This document shows positions 50,467 through 59,731 of a stretch of DNA of 64,000 nucleotides, in pieces (position 1 is the first letter of the stretch; every line of letters begins with the position of its first letter). The position numbers and the translations under genes are program-made. The stretch spans positions 242,395 to 306,394 of the forward strand of contig CAVXGR010000021.1 in the NCBI GenBank assembly GCA_963761335.1, written 5' to 3'. The DNA is from an uncultured delta proteobacterium (GTDB lineage: Bacteria > Desulfobacterota > Binatia > HRBIN30 > BPIQ01). The notes below the pieces were generated by a model. It did not search any database, was not told where the DNA came from, and saw only the letters and a list, made by a program, of their open reading frames with translations.

Positions 50467-52869
50467 ATGAAACAGTGGTGCGCTCCGTTATTCGTTCTCT
50501 GTCTGCTGGTGATGCCTCCCGCCGGTGCCGAGGCGGCGGGCTGGCGGCTGGTTGGCTGGAACAACCTGGGGATGCACTGCATGGACGCGGACTTCTCCGT
50601 GTTCGCCATTCTGCCGCCCTACAACGTCATCCAGGCGCAGCTCATCGATCCGCAGGGAAAGCTGGTGCTCGATCCGGAAGCCCAGGGGATCACCGTCACC
50701 TTCCAGGCGGTGGCCGATGCCGATGGCTCCATCAACTCGAGCTCGATCGGAAAGACCAACTTCTGGGATCACGTGCAGGCGCTCTTCGGCGATATTCCTC
50801 CGGACGTCGGTCTGACCGGGATCTCGATGCCTGGGCTGTCGAACCAGCCGCAGCCGATGGTCTTTGACACGGCGCTGTCCTGGTTCATCGCCGAGGGCAT
50901 ACCGCTGACGCCGTACGACGATCAGGGGCTCTTCAACTCGTATCCGATGATGCGGCTGGTCGCCCGCGACGCCTCCTCGAGCGTGCTGGCGACCACCGAC
51001 ATCGTCCTGCCGGTGTCGGACGAGATGGACTGCTCCTCGTGCCATTCCTCCAGCTCGGGACCGGCGGCGCGGCCCTTCGAGGGCTGGGTGTCGGATCCGG
51101 ATCCGCAGCGCGACATGCGCCTCAACATCCTGCGCCTGCACGATGACCGCGAGAAGGGCAAGGCGGTCTTCGACCAGGCGCTCGCCGATCTCGGCTTCAG
51201 CGCCGACGGGCTATTTGCCACCGCCAGCGGAGGGCACGCCATTCTCTGCGCCAGCTGCCACTCCTCCGAGGCGTTGCCCGGCAGCGGCCGGCCCGGCATC
51301 TCGCCGCTGACGCAGGCGGTGCACCGGCGCATGGCCTTCGTCATCGATCCCAAGACCGGCCTCTTCATGGAGTCCAGCGACAACCGCTCTGCCTGCTACC
51401 GCTGTCATCCGGGGTCGGTGACCCGCTGCCTGCGCGGCGCCATGGGCTCCGCGGTGGCCGCCGACGGCTCGCGGGCGATGCAGTGCCAGAGCTGTCACGG
51501 CACCATGACCGCCGTGGCGTCCACGGACCGCATCGGCTGGCTCGATGAGCCGAACTGCCAGAGCTGCCACACGGGAACGGCCGTGAGCAACAGCGGCGCC
51601 ATTCGCTACGTCTCCGCCTTCGGCGACGACGGCAAGCCGCGCCCGGCAGCCGATCAGACCTTCGCCACCAACCCGGACACGCCGGCGCCCGGATTCTCCC
51701 TCTATCGCTTCTCGACCGGGCACGGCGGCCTGCAGTGCGAGGCCTGTCACGGCTCCACGCACGCCGAGTTCCCGAGCGCGCAGCGCAACGACAACGTGCA
51801 GAGCACGCAGCTGCAAGGGCACGCCGGCATGCTGGTGGAGTGCGGCACTTGCCATTCGCCGGTGCCGACGACCGTCGACGGCGGCCCGCACGGCATGCAT
51901 CCGCTGGGGGCGCCCTGGGTGCAGATGCACCCAGACATGGTGGGGGAGGGCGGCGGGGCGCAGGCCTGCCGCGCCTGTCACGGGACCGATTACAGGGGCA
52001 CGGTGTTGTCCCGCTCGCAGGCGGATCGCGTCATCCAGACCGATTTCGGCACCAAGACCTTCTGGCGCGGCTTCCAGATCGGTTGCTACACCTGTCACAA
52101 CGGACCCAGCTCGGAGCACGGGAATCCGAACCACGCGCCGGCGGTCATGAACGGTGCGACCTCGACCGTCTCGGGCATCCCCGTGGACATCCCGCTGGTG
52201 GCCACTGACGCCGACGGTGATTCTCTGGAGCTGCGCATCGTCTCCCAGGCCGAGCACGGCAGCGTCGGCCTGAGCGGCACGACCGCCCGCTATTTTCCCG
52301 ATGAGGGCTTCGCCGGGATGGATCACTTCACCTTTGCCGCTTGGGACGGGGCAACCGATTCCAATCTCGGGTCGGTGACGGTCTCGGTGAGCCAGGCGAC
52401 CCCGAGCCAGACGCCCACTGCCACGCCCGCACCGCCGACCGCGACCGCGCCGCCGCCGCCGACGGCGACGCCCGTGCCGATGGCGTCCAGCACACTGGCG
52501 GCGCCGATTGGCGCGGAGGCGACCGAGATCACGGTTGCCGACGGCAGCGGCTTTCCCGACGCCGGCGTCATTCGCATCGGCGGGGAGCTGGCGACCTACA
52601 GCGGCCGTTCCGGCAACACCCTGCTCGGCGTCGTCCGCGGTGTCGAGAGCAGCGGCGCCGCGGCGCACGTCGCCGGCGAGCTGGTGGAGCTGGTCGGCTT
52701 CGCGGGCGATGCCAACTGCGACGGACGGCGCACTGCCGCCGATCTGACGGCGCTGGCGCAGCGCCTCGCTGCGGGCAGCGCCGGCGTGTGCGGTGCCGAC
52801 ATCAATACCGACGGCTCGCTCAGCGCCGCCGACCTGCCGCCTTTGATCGAGGCGATCTTCTCGGAGTAG
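50467..52869 (+). CDS. Secreted nonaheme cytochrome c with an Ig/cadherin-like domain, Pro-Thr linker and dockerin-like C-terminus
   Basis: Signal peptide; NNLGMHC; 9 CxxCH; NHAPA...DADGDSL...YFPDEGFAGMDHFTF; PT linker; GDANCDG...ADINTDG; start at ATG 50467. Confidence 0.85.
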   Translation: MKQWCAPLFVLCLLVMPPAGAEAAGWRLVGWNNLGMHCMDADFSVFAILPPYNVIQAQLIDPQGKLVLDPEAQGITVTFQAVADADGSINSSSIGKTNFWDHVQALFGDIPPDVGLTGISMPGLSNQPQPMVFDTALSWFIAEGIPLTPYDDQGLFNSYPMMRLVARDASSSVLATTDIVLPVSDEMDCSSCHSSSSGPAARPFEGWVSDPDPQRDMRLNILRLHDDREKGKAVFDQALADLGFSADGLFATASGGHAILCASCHSSEALPGSGRPGISPLTQAVHRRMAFVIDPKTGLFMESSDNRSACYRCHPGSVTRCLRGAMGSAVAADGSRAMQCQSCHGTMTAVASTDRIGWLDEPNCQSCHTGTAVSNSGAIRYVSAFGDDGKPRPAADQTFATNPDTPAPGFSLYRFSTGHGGLQCEACHGSTHAEFPSAQRNDNVQSTQLQGHAGMLVECGTCHSPVPTTVDGGPHGMHPLGAPWVQMHPDMVGEGGGAQACRACHGTDYRGTVLSRSQADRVIQTDFGTKTFWRGFQIGCYTCHNGPSSEHGNPNHAPAVMNGATSTVSGIPVDIPLVATDADGDSLELRIVSQAEHGSVGLSGTTARYFPDEGFAGMDHFTFAAWDGATDSNLGSVTVSVSQATPSQTPTATPAPPTATAPPPPTATPVPMASSTLAAPIGAEATEITVADGSGFPDAGVIRIGGELATYSGRSGNTLLGVVRGVESSGAAAHVAGELVELVGFAGDANCDGRRTAADLTALAQRLAAGSAGVCGADINTDGSLSAADLPPLIEAIFSE

Positions 52870-52954
52870 CCGGGCTGCGTGCGGCCGTCCGGGAGCGCCG
52901 CCGTTCCGGCTGCAGGTCGCCGCCAAAGAGCGAGGTCTCTGCCGGCGGTGCCGC

Positions 52955-53269
52955 TCAGCGTCGCGGCAGTCGTCGGGGCGGCCGCGGCCGGAAGCGCAGC
53001 GGAATCGATCGCCGTGATCGCGGTGCGCTGCGGCGTCCGAAGGCGAGGAGAAAAACGGAGACGCCCAGGCCGACGAAGAGGCCGAAGATCAGCATCCCCT
53101 GGCCGGAGGCGAAGTCGAGAATCGCGTAGTAGGTGTCGCAGAACCACCCGGATGAACCCCCGAGACCGCGGCATATCTCGAAGTCCTGCCAGCCCGCACC
53201 GGCCCAGGTGTCTGAGGTGTATGACAGCGCGAAGGCGAACAGCAGCCCGCGCTTCGAGTGCCCTCTCAT
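52955..53269 (-). CDS. Hypothetical small membrane protein
   Basis: Signal-like N-terminus, Cys pair, one TM helix, Arg-rich tail; fills an otherwise empty gap. Confidence 0.4.
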   Translation of the reverse strand: MRGHSKRGLLFAFALSYTSDTWAGAGWQDFEICRGLGGSSGWFCDTYYAILDFASGQGMLIFGLFVGLGVSVFLLAFGRRSAPRSRRSIPLRFRPRPPRRLPRR

Positions 53270-53535
53270 GAGTGTCCCCCCAATCTCGCCGGCCCCCCAA
53301 CCAGCGTCTTCGAACGGGAATCCTTCCGACATACGACGTATCCATTTTTCGCCCGCCGGTTGTCAAATGAAATCGCCGTGACCGGCTGCGGCGGGGTCCG
53401 GCGGGAAGAATTCTCAGAACAGGGAAAGCGGGCGCACTGGACAGCCCAATTGCCTCAGCTGGCGGGACGGCGTAATTGGGGGCATGAGTCTTGCGCCCGA
53501 GCAGGGCGACGAATCGAACGATCAGGAGGAAATAC

Positions 53536-54003
53536 ATGCCCAGCATCGAATCCCTCATGGCCACCGACATGATCACCGCGACTCCGAAGGAGTCGGTGGT
53601 TCAGGTCGCCGACCGCATGAGCCGCAACCGGGTCGGCGCGGTTCTGGTCGTCGAGGGAGAGGCCCTGCGGGGCATCTTCTCGGAGCGCGACCTGGTGAAC
53701 CGCGTCATCGCCATGCACAAGAACCCGGCGACCACGAAGATCTCCGAGGTGGCGACCCAGGAGGTGGTCACCATCGACGCCGACATGCCCCTCAAGGAGG
53801 TGCTTGCCATCTTCCGCGAGCGGCGCTTCCGGCATCTGCCCGTGGTTCGCGACGGCAAGGCCGTGGGGATTCTCTCGACCCGCGACTTTCTCGAGTTTCT
53901 CGTCGACAATCTCGAGCGCTTCATCATCGAGAAGCGCTACATCGAGATCGACGCCGAGGGCGGCGACATCTACGACCACTTCGGCGGCGGCTACGGCCGC
54001 TGA
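53536..54003 (+). CDS. CBS-domain protein
   Basis: AGGAGG RBS; VGAVLVV..GIFSERDL, FRHLPVV, GILSTRD. Confidence 0.9.
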   Translation: MPSIESLMATDMITATPKESVVQVADRMSRNRVGAVLVVEGEALRGIFSERDLVNRVIAMHKNPATTKISEVATQEVVTIDADMPLKEVLAIFRERRFRHLPVVRDGKAVGILSTRDFLEFLVDNLERFIIEKRYIEIDAEGGDIYDHFGGGYGR

Positions 54004-54010
54004 GGGGCGT

Positions 54011-55120
54011 CTACCTCAGGCGCACGACGCTGCGGATGCTCTCGCCGCGGTGCATCAGGTCGAAGGCGCGGTTGATGTCTTCCAGCGGCATGGTGTGGGT
54101 GATGTACTCGTCCACGCGGATGCGTCCGGCCATCGCCCAGTCGACGTAGACCGGTAGCTGCGTGCGGCCGCGGGTGCCGCCGAAGGCGGTGCCGCGCCAG
54201 CTGCGTCCGGTGACCAGCAGAAACGGGCGCGCGTGGATCTCCTCGCCGGCGCCGGCGACGCCGATGACGATGCTCTGTCCCCAGCCCTTGTGGGCGCATG
54301 CCAGCGCCTGGCCCATGACCTCGACGTTGCCGATGCACTCGAACGAGAAGTCGACGCCCCCGTCGGTCATCTCGGCGATCGCCTCGGCGACGTTGGTCAC
54401 CTCGGTTGCATTGAGGAGATCGGTGGCGCCGAGCTGGCGCGCCAGGGTGAACTTCGCCGGGTTGTTGTCGACGCCGATGATGCGCGCCGCGCCCGCCAGC
54501 ACCGCTCCCTGGACCACGGAGAGCCCGATGCCGCCGAGGCCGAACACGGCGACCGTGGCTCCGGCGGCAACCTTGGCGGTGTTCAGCACCGCGCCGATGC
54601 CGGTGGTGATGCCGCAGCCGAGCAGGCAGACTTTCTCCAGCGGGGCATCGGCGCGGACCTTGGCCAGGGCGATCTCCGGGACCACGGTGTACTCGGCGAA
54701 CGTCGAGGTGCCCATGTAGTGGTGCAGCCTGCGCCCCTTGTGCGACAGGCGGCTGGTGCCGTCGGGCATCAGCCCCTTTCCCTGGGTCGCCAGGATGGCG
54801 CCGCAGAGATTCGTCTTGCCGCTCAGACAGAACTTGCAGTTGCGGCATTCCGGAATGTAGAGCGGGATGACGTGATCTCCCGGCCGCAGGCTGTTGACAC
54901 CGGGGCCGACCTCCTCGACGACGCCGGCGCCCTCGTGCCCGAGAACTGCGGGGAAGAGGCCGGAGGGATCGCGGCCGCTCATGGTGTAGGCGTCGGTATG
55001 GCAGACGCCTGTGGCGGCGAGGCGGATCAGGCATTCGCCGGCGTGCGGTCCGTCGAGGTCGATCTCGTCGACTTCCAGCGGGTGTTGAGGCTCCCAGCAG
55101 ATTGCGGCTCTGATCTTCAT
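54011..55120 (-). CDS. frmA: S-(hydroxymethyl)glutathione dehydrogenase / class III alcohol dehydrogenase
   Basis: GVCHTD, GHEGAG, CRNCKFC...[23 protein letters not shown]; start at ATG 55120. Confidence 0.93.
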   Translation of the reverse strand: MKIRAAICWEPQHPLEVDEIDLDGPHAGECLIRLAATGVCHTDAYTMSGRDPSGLFPAVLGHEGAGVVEEVGPGVNSLRPGDHVIPLYIPECRNCKFCLSGKTNLCGAILATQGKGLMPDGTSRLSHKGRRLHHYMGTSTFAEYTVVPEIALAKVRADAPLEKVCLLGCGITTGIGAVLNTAKVAAGATVAVFGLGGIGLSVVQGAVLAGAARIIGVDNNPAKFTLARQLGATDLLNATEVTNVAEAIAEMTDGGVDFSFECIGNVEVMGQALACAHKGWGQSIVIGVAGAGEEIHARPFLLVTGRSWRGTAFGGTRGRTQLPVYVDWAMAGRIRVDEYITHTMPLEDINRAFDLMHRGESIRSVVRLR

Positions 55121-55131
55121 CCCGGTTCTCG

Positions 55132-55500
55132 TCAGTCGAGCAGCTCCTCGAGGTGCTCCGGCGGGCGGCCGACCACGGCGCGCTCGCCGCGGACGAGGAT
55201 CGGTCGCTCGATGAGGATCGGCCGCTGCGCCATGGCGTCGAGGATTTCGTCGTCGCTCGATGCATCGCCGAGTCCGGCCTCGCGGTAGGCGTCCTCGCCG
55301 CGCCGCAGCCATTGCCGCGGCGACTGACCGAGCCGGCGCGCCAGCTCGCCGAGCTCGGCGCGGCTGAGCGGCTCGTCGAGATAGCGGCGCTCCCGGAAGC
55401 TCAGGCCGCGGTCTTCGAGAATCGCCTTGGCAGCCCGGCTCTTCGAGCAGCGGGGGTTGTGGATCAGCGTCAGGGCATCGGGAAACAGCTGGCTCGGCAC
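55132..55500 (-). CDS. arsC: ArsC-family (glutaredoxin-type) arsenate reductase-like protein
   Basis: [20 protein letters not shown]. Confidence 0.82.
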   Translation of the reverse strand: MPSQLFPDALTLIHNPRCSKSRAAKAILEDRGLSFRERRYLDEPLSRAELGELARRLGQSPRQWLRRGEDAYREAGLGDASSDDEILDAMAQRPILIERPILVRGERAVVGRPPEHLEELLD

Positions 55501-55510
55501 GGGCTAACCT

Positions 55511-56686
55511 TCAGACGCCGACGATCGAGACAAAGCTGACGCAGCGTCCTGGAGCGCCACCCAGGTTGTGGGTGAGGCCGAGCCGCGGGTTGCCGATCTG
55601 TCGTGGGCCGGCTTCGCCGCGCAGCTGGAGCCACATCTCGTACATCATGCGCAGCCCGCTGGCGCCGATGGGGTGGCCGAAGCTCTTCAGGCCGCCGTCC
55701 GGATTGATCGGCTGCTGCCCGTCGCCGTCGAAGCGGCCGTCGAGAACGTCCTGCCAGCCCTGCCCGCGCGGCGAGAATCCCATGTCCTCCATCAGCACCA
55801 GCTCGGTCGGCGTGAAGCAGTCGTGCACCTCCGCCATGCTGATCTCCTCGCGGGGATTCTTCACCCCGGCCTGCTTGTAGGCGTCGGCGGAGCTGGTCAC
55901 CACCTCGGGAAAGGTGGTGAAGTCGTAATCCTGGCTGAAGTAGCCCTCGGCGGGCCCGGCGGAGAAGGAGAGCGCCTTGATGAAGATCGGCCGGTCCGTG
56001 TACTTGTGGGCGTCCTCGGCGCGGCAGAGGATGGCGGCGGCAGAGCCGTCGCTGACGCCGGAGCAGTCGAAGATCCCCAGCATGCCGGCGATCGGCGGCG
56101 ACTTGCAGATGGTCTCCATCGGCACCTCCTTGCGGAACTGTGCCTTGGGGTTCTTGGCGCCGTTCTTGTGGTTCTTCCAGGCGATGCGCGCCAGCACCTG
56201 CTTGAGGGTGTCCTCGGGAACGCCGTACTTCTTGGCGTAGGCGGGGGCCAGCAGCGAGAAGGTCGCCGGCGCCGTCATGTTCGACTGCGTGCCGTCGTTC
56301 GGTGCCGGGCTGCCGACCAGGCCGGAGTAGCCCGAGTCCTTGAGCTTCTCCACGCCGATCGCCATCACCAGGTCGTAGGCGCCGCTGGCCACGGCGTAGG
56401 CGGCGTTGCGGATCGCCTCGCTGCCGGTGGCGCACATGTTCTCCAGGCGGGTGACCGGCTTGTAGGGAATCTTCAACGCCTCGGAGAGCATCAGCCCGGA
56501 CACGCCGCTGCCCATCGTGCCGAGCCAGTAGGCGTCGACCTGGCCCGGATCGATTCCCGCCGACTGGTACGCGTCGACGGCGGCGTCGACCAGCAGGTCG
56601 TCCGCCCCCTTGTCCCAGCGCTCTCCGAAGGGCGTGCAACCCATGCCGACGATCGCCACGCGGTCCTTGATGCCATTGCTCGCCAT
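55511..56686 (-). CDS. Thiolase-family acetyl-CoA acetyltransferase (SCP2/archaeal type)
   Basis: ENMCATG, EVHDCF, GHPIGASG, HNLGG. Confidence 0.9.
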   Translation of the reverse strand: MASNGIKDRVAIVGMGCTPFGERWDKGADDLLVDAAVDAYQSAGIDPGQVDAYWLGTMGSGVSGLMLSEALKIPYKPVTRLENMCATGSEAIRNAAYAVASGAYDLVMAIGVEKLKDSGYSGLVGSPAPNDGTQSNMTAPATFSLLAPAYAKKYGVPEDTLKQVLARIAWKNHKNGAKNPKAQFRKEVPMETICKSPPIAGMLGIFDCSGVSDGSAAAILCRAEDAHKYTDRPIFIKALSFSAGPAEGYFSQDYDFTTFPEVVTSSADAYKQAGVKNPREEISMAEVHDCFTPTELVLMEDMGFSPRGQGWQDVLDGRFDGDGQQPINPDGGLKSFGHPIGASGLRMMYEMWLQLRGEAGPRQIGNPRLGLTHNLGGAPGRCVSFVSIVGV

Positions 56687-56716
56687 TGTCTTCTCCCTAT
56701 TTTGGGCCGGGGTAGT

Positions 56717-56809
56717 AGGTCGAGGTTGTCAAGTGTGTTGGTTGTTGCGTTGTTAGGGTGTCTATTCCTCCTCACCTAACAACCTAACAACCAACAACCT
56801 AACAACCTG
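56717..56809. repeat. 7-8-bp-period inverted array (GTTGTTAG / CTAACAAC)
   Basis: GTTGGTTGTTGCGTTGTTAGG ... CCTAACAACCTAACAACCAACAACCTAACAACC. Confidence 0.7.
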
Positions 56810-56814
56810 TCTCT

Positions 56815-58200
56815 TCACCGGCCCGGCCGGGCCTTCCAGAAGTAGTTGTGTACTCCCTGTCCAGTGTACAGGCGCCGAAAGGTCATCTCCAGGTGATTGC
56901 CGATGGCGACCTCCTTGGGGTCGACATCGGTGAGCTCGCAGCTGAAGCGGCCGCCTCCTTCGTAGTCGACCACGGCGGCGACCACCGGCGGCTGCAGGGT
57001 GTAGGCGAGGTGATCGAGCGTATAGGTGGCGATTCGGCACGAGGTGTCGGCGAAGCGCTCGTCGCGCATCTTGTCGACGGCCTTGCATTTGACGCAGACG
57101 CGCTGTGGCGGCAGGTGTCCGGTCTGGCACTGGGTGCAGCGCGAGCCGACGAAGGCGAGCTTCCAGCGTTCGTGCCGCCGCATCGGCGGTGCGGCCGGCC
57201 GTTCCGGATCGGGCCGCCGCGGCGGCTCGAAGGGAAGGATGCCGCGCCACTTGAGATATGTATTGTAAGGGAGGTCGTTGCGCTTCGAGCTGATCCAGCG
57301 ATCGACCTTGCGCACCGGCGGCATGTCCTTGATCTTGTCGGTCACTTCCAGCACCAGGGCGTCGGCGCCGTCCGCTTCGCAGACCACGAGGATGCGGTCG
57401 CCGGGCTTCGACTCGTCGAGAGCGCGCGCCAACAGGAGTCCGGAGTGCGCCGCGCCGGCGCGCCCGACGCTGGCGGCGAGCGGATCGGCGAGCCGCTCCG
57501 GGCCGACGCCGAGGGCCCGCGGCAAGGCGGCCAGGCTGCGCGCGTTGGTGCCGTCGAGAACCACGCTGCGGAGCGTCGACGGCTCGATGCCGCCGGCCTT
57601 CAGGGCCCGCTGCGCCGTGGCGATGATGGCCGGCGACATGGTATCGGCCGTGAATCTCTCCTCCCACTGCCGGGCGAAGCGATCCTCCGGCAAGCGCCAC
57701 ACGTCGAGGATCTCCATGGTCGTCGAGGCGCGCCCGATCACCCGCGCCACGGCTTCGCGGTCGCTGCCGGTGAGAAAGGCGGCGGCACCGTCGCCGCCCT
57801 GAGACTCGCGCGTTCCGCCCGGGCCGCCGATGATCACGTCCCCGGCGCAGACCAGGGCGCGGCGGCCGGCTTCGGCGAGGTCGAGGGCGAGCAGCAGCGC
57901 CGCCGTGCCCATGCGCGAGGAGCTGCCGAGCTCGGCGGAGCCGATGCTCTCAGGCAGGTCGAGGGCCGCCTGGACGGTGGCCGCATTGAGCTTCTCGGCG
58001 TACGGCGGGCTGGTGGTGGCGAAGAGAAGAAAGTCGATCTCTTCGCCGCCGCGCAGCGCATCGCGGGCGGCCTCCACCGCCAGCGACACCGAGTCCTCGT
58101 CGTAGCTGGCGACGGCCCTCTCTCCCTTGCCGCCCCCAATCGCCGCCCGCGTCAGGCGGAAATAGGGGACGTAGCTCCCGTATCGGACGATTCCGGCCAA
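56815..58200 (-). CDS. HMG-CoA synthase/KAS III-like domain fused to a DUF35 Zn-ribbon/OB-fold
   Basis: GIVRYGSYVPYFRL, YDEDSVSL, GDGAAA; CTQC...CVKC; MTFRRL...NYFWKA. Confidence 0.88.
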   Translation of the reverse strand: MAGIVRYGSYVPYFRLTRAAIGGGKGERAVASYDEDSVSLAVEAARDALRGGEEIDFLLFATTSPPYAEKLNAATVQAALDLPESIGSAELGSSSRMGTAALLLALDLAEAGRRALVCAGDVIIGGPGGTRESQGGDGAAAFLTGSDREAVARVIGRASTTMEILDVWRLPEDRFARQWEERFTADTMSPAIIATAQRALKAGGIEPSTLRSVVLDGTNARSLAALPRALGVGPERLADPLAASVGRAGAAHSGLLLARALDESKPGDRILVVCEADGADALVLEVTDKIKDMPPVRKVDRWISSKRNDLPYNTYLKWRGILPFEPPRRPDPERPAAPPMRRHERWKLAFVGSRCTQCQTGHLPPQRVCVKCKAVDKMRDERFADTSCRIATYTLDHLAYTLQPPVVAAVVDYEGGGRFSCELTDVDPKEVAIGNHLEMTFRRLYTGQGVHNYFWKARPGR

Positions 58201-58254
58201 TGAACAAACCTCCTGCGACCGTGAAAATCGCCCGTTTGCCCTCCTTTGGCAAGG

Positions 58255-58452
58255 GAGTGGCTCGGTGGCTCGGTATCTCAGTGGCTCGGTGGCTCGTATC
58301 TCAGTGGCTCAGTGGCTCCCTGCCGCGGCGGTCGTTTTCGGGTTGTCGAGTTCTCGAGTTGCCGAGTTCAAATTCTGCCAACCAACCCGCCAACCCGAAA
58401 ACCCATCAACCCGAGAACCCGCGAACTGATCATCACCGAGCCACCGAGCCAC
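58255..58452. repeat. Nested inverted 8-bp-period arrays
   Basis: GTGGCTCG tandem units, then GGTTGTCGAGTTCTCGAG, the complementary CAACCCG units and CACCGAGCCACCGAGCCAC. Confidence 0.75.
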
Positions 58453-58458
58453 GATCTT

Positions 58459-59514
58459 CTAACGCCGCGCTTCCAGAACGAGATTGAAAGGCGTTTCAGC
58501 GGCGCGGCGGAGGCGAGTGAAGCCGGCCCTTGTGAGAATGTCGCGTACGCGCGCCTCGCCGGCCTGGGCGCCCAGTGCGGTTCCCACCTCCTGCGCCAGC
58601 GAGGCCTGGGTGCAGACCAACGTCGAGACCGAGTAGAAGAGCCGGCCGACCGGGTTCAGGTTGTTCTCGACGTCGTCGCCGGCGCGCGGCTCGACGATCA
58701 TCCAGGTGCCGTCGGCGGCCAGCGTCTCGCGCACGTGCGCCGCCGCCCCGAGCGGATCGCCCATGTCGTGCAGGCAGTCGAAGCAGGTGACCAGGTCGTA
58801 GGTGCCCTCGTAGGTCTTCGCGTTCGCCACCTCGAATCGCGCCCGCTCGGCGACGCCGGCAGCGGCGGCCCGCTGGCGGGCGCGCTCGACCGAGTCGCGG
58901 TGGTAGTCGAAGCCGGTGAACGTCGAGCGCGGGAAGGCCTGCGCCATGATGATCGTCGAGGCGCCGAAGCCGCAGCCGATGTCGGCGACCCGGCCGCCGC
59001 GCTCGAGCTTCTCGCGCACTCCCTCGAGCGCCGGGATCCAGCTGCTGGTCAGATTGCTCAGGTAGCCCGGGCGGAAGAAGCGCTCGCACCCCTCGAACAG
59101 GTCGGGATGGTGCTCGTGCCAGCCGACGCCCGTCCCGGTGCGGAAGGCCTCGGTCACCTTGCCGGTTGCCATCATCGCCGCCGTCATCGTCTGGAAGCCG
59201 CCGGTGACAAAGGCCGGGCTGTCCTCGTGCACCAGCGCCAGGGCGTGCTCCGCCGGCAGGGCATAGCGCCGCGTCTGCGGATCGTAGGTCAGATAACCCG
59301 ACGCCGCCTGCGCCGCCATCCATTCGCGCACGCAGCGCTCGGCCGTGCCGGTGCGCTGTGCCAGCTCGGTTGAGCTGACCGCGGCGCCATCGGCCATGGC
59401 GCGGTAGAGGCCGAGCTTGTCGCCGATCACCACCATGGATGCGGTGACTGCTCCGCCGAGATCTCCGAGTGCCTTGTCCACGAATGCGTGAACTTTTCCT
59501 TCATCGATCGCCAT
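58459..59514 (-). CDS. Class I SAM-dependent methyltransferase with an N-terminal winged helix (Rv2258c-like)
   Basis: IGDKLGLY, VREW, VADIGCGFG, FDCLHDMGDP, LGAQAGE. Confidence 0.9.
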   Translation of the reverse strand: MAIDEGKVHAFVDKALGDLGGAVTASMVVIGDKLGLYRAMADGAAVSSTELAQRTGTAERCVREWMAAQAASGYLTYDPQTRRYALPAEHALALVHEDSPAFVTGGFQTMTAAMMATGKVTEAFRTGTGVGWHEHHPDLFEGCERFFRPGYLSNLTSSWIPALEGVREKLERGGRVADIGCGFGASTIIMAQAFPRSTFTGFDYHRDSVERARQRAAAAGVAERARFEVANAKTYEGTYDLVTCFDCLHDMGDPLGAAAHVRETLAADGTWMIVEPRAGDDVENNLNPVGRLFYSVSTLVCTQASLAQEVGTALGAQAGEARVRDILTRAGFTRLRRAAETPFNLVLEARR

Positions 59515-59563
59515 CTGTCCCTCCTTCAGTTGGTCAGTGCATGTGTTCGTACAGATCCCTTGG

Positions 59564-59578
59564 GCAAGGTGCGTGCCA
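59564..59578 (-). promoter_or_regulatory. Sigma-54 (-24/-12) promoter of the methyltransferase
   Basis: Minus strand TGGCACG-CACC-TTGC, an exact consensus match, 50 bp upstream of ATG 59514. Confidence 0.8.
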
Positions 59579-59731
59579 CGCCTGCTTCCGTGGGTCGCTT
59601 CGGGATGCCGCTGTAAGAAGGTCGTCCCCGATGGTCCTGGGCCACTTGTGGTTCATCCATGGGCCACATGCGGCTGCTCGGCTTGCTTTTGCGATGGCCC
59701 TGGGCGCGGAACTGGTCTAGAAATCCATTCC

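Noticed and set aside
50457..50472. TGGCACG upstream of the nonaheme cytochrome
   Set aside because: No GC at -12, and it overlaps the start codon.
55132..55500. Arsenic-resistance operon
   Set aside because: Lone ArsC-family gene with no arsR, arsB or acr3 nearby.
55511..58200. Mevalonate pathway
   Set aside because: The HMGS-like domain appears to lack the catalytic Cys, there is no HMG-CoA reductase here, and ispH is present.
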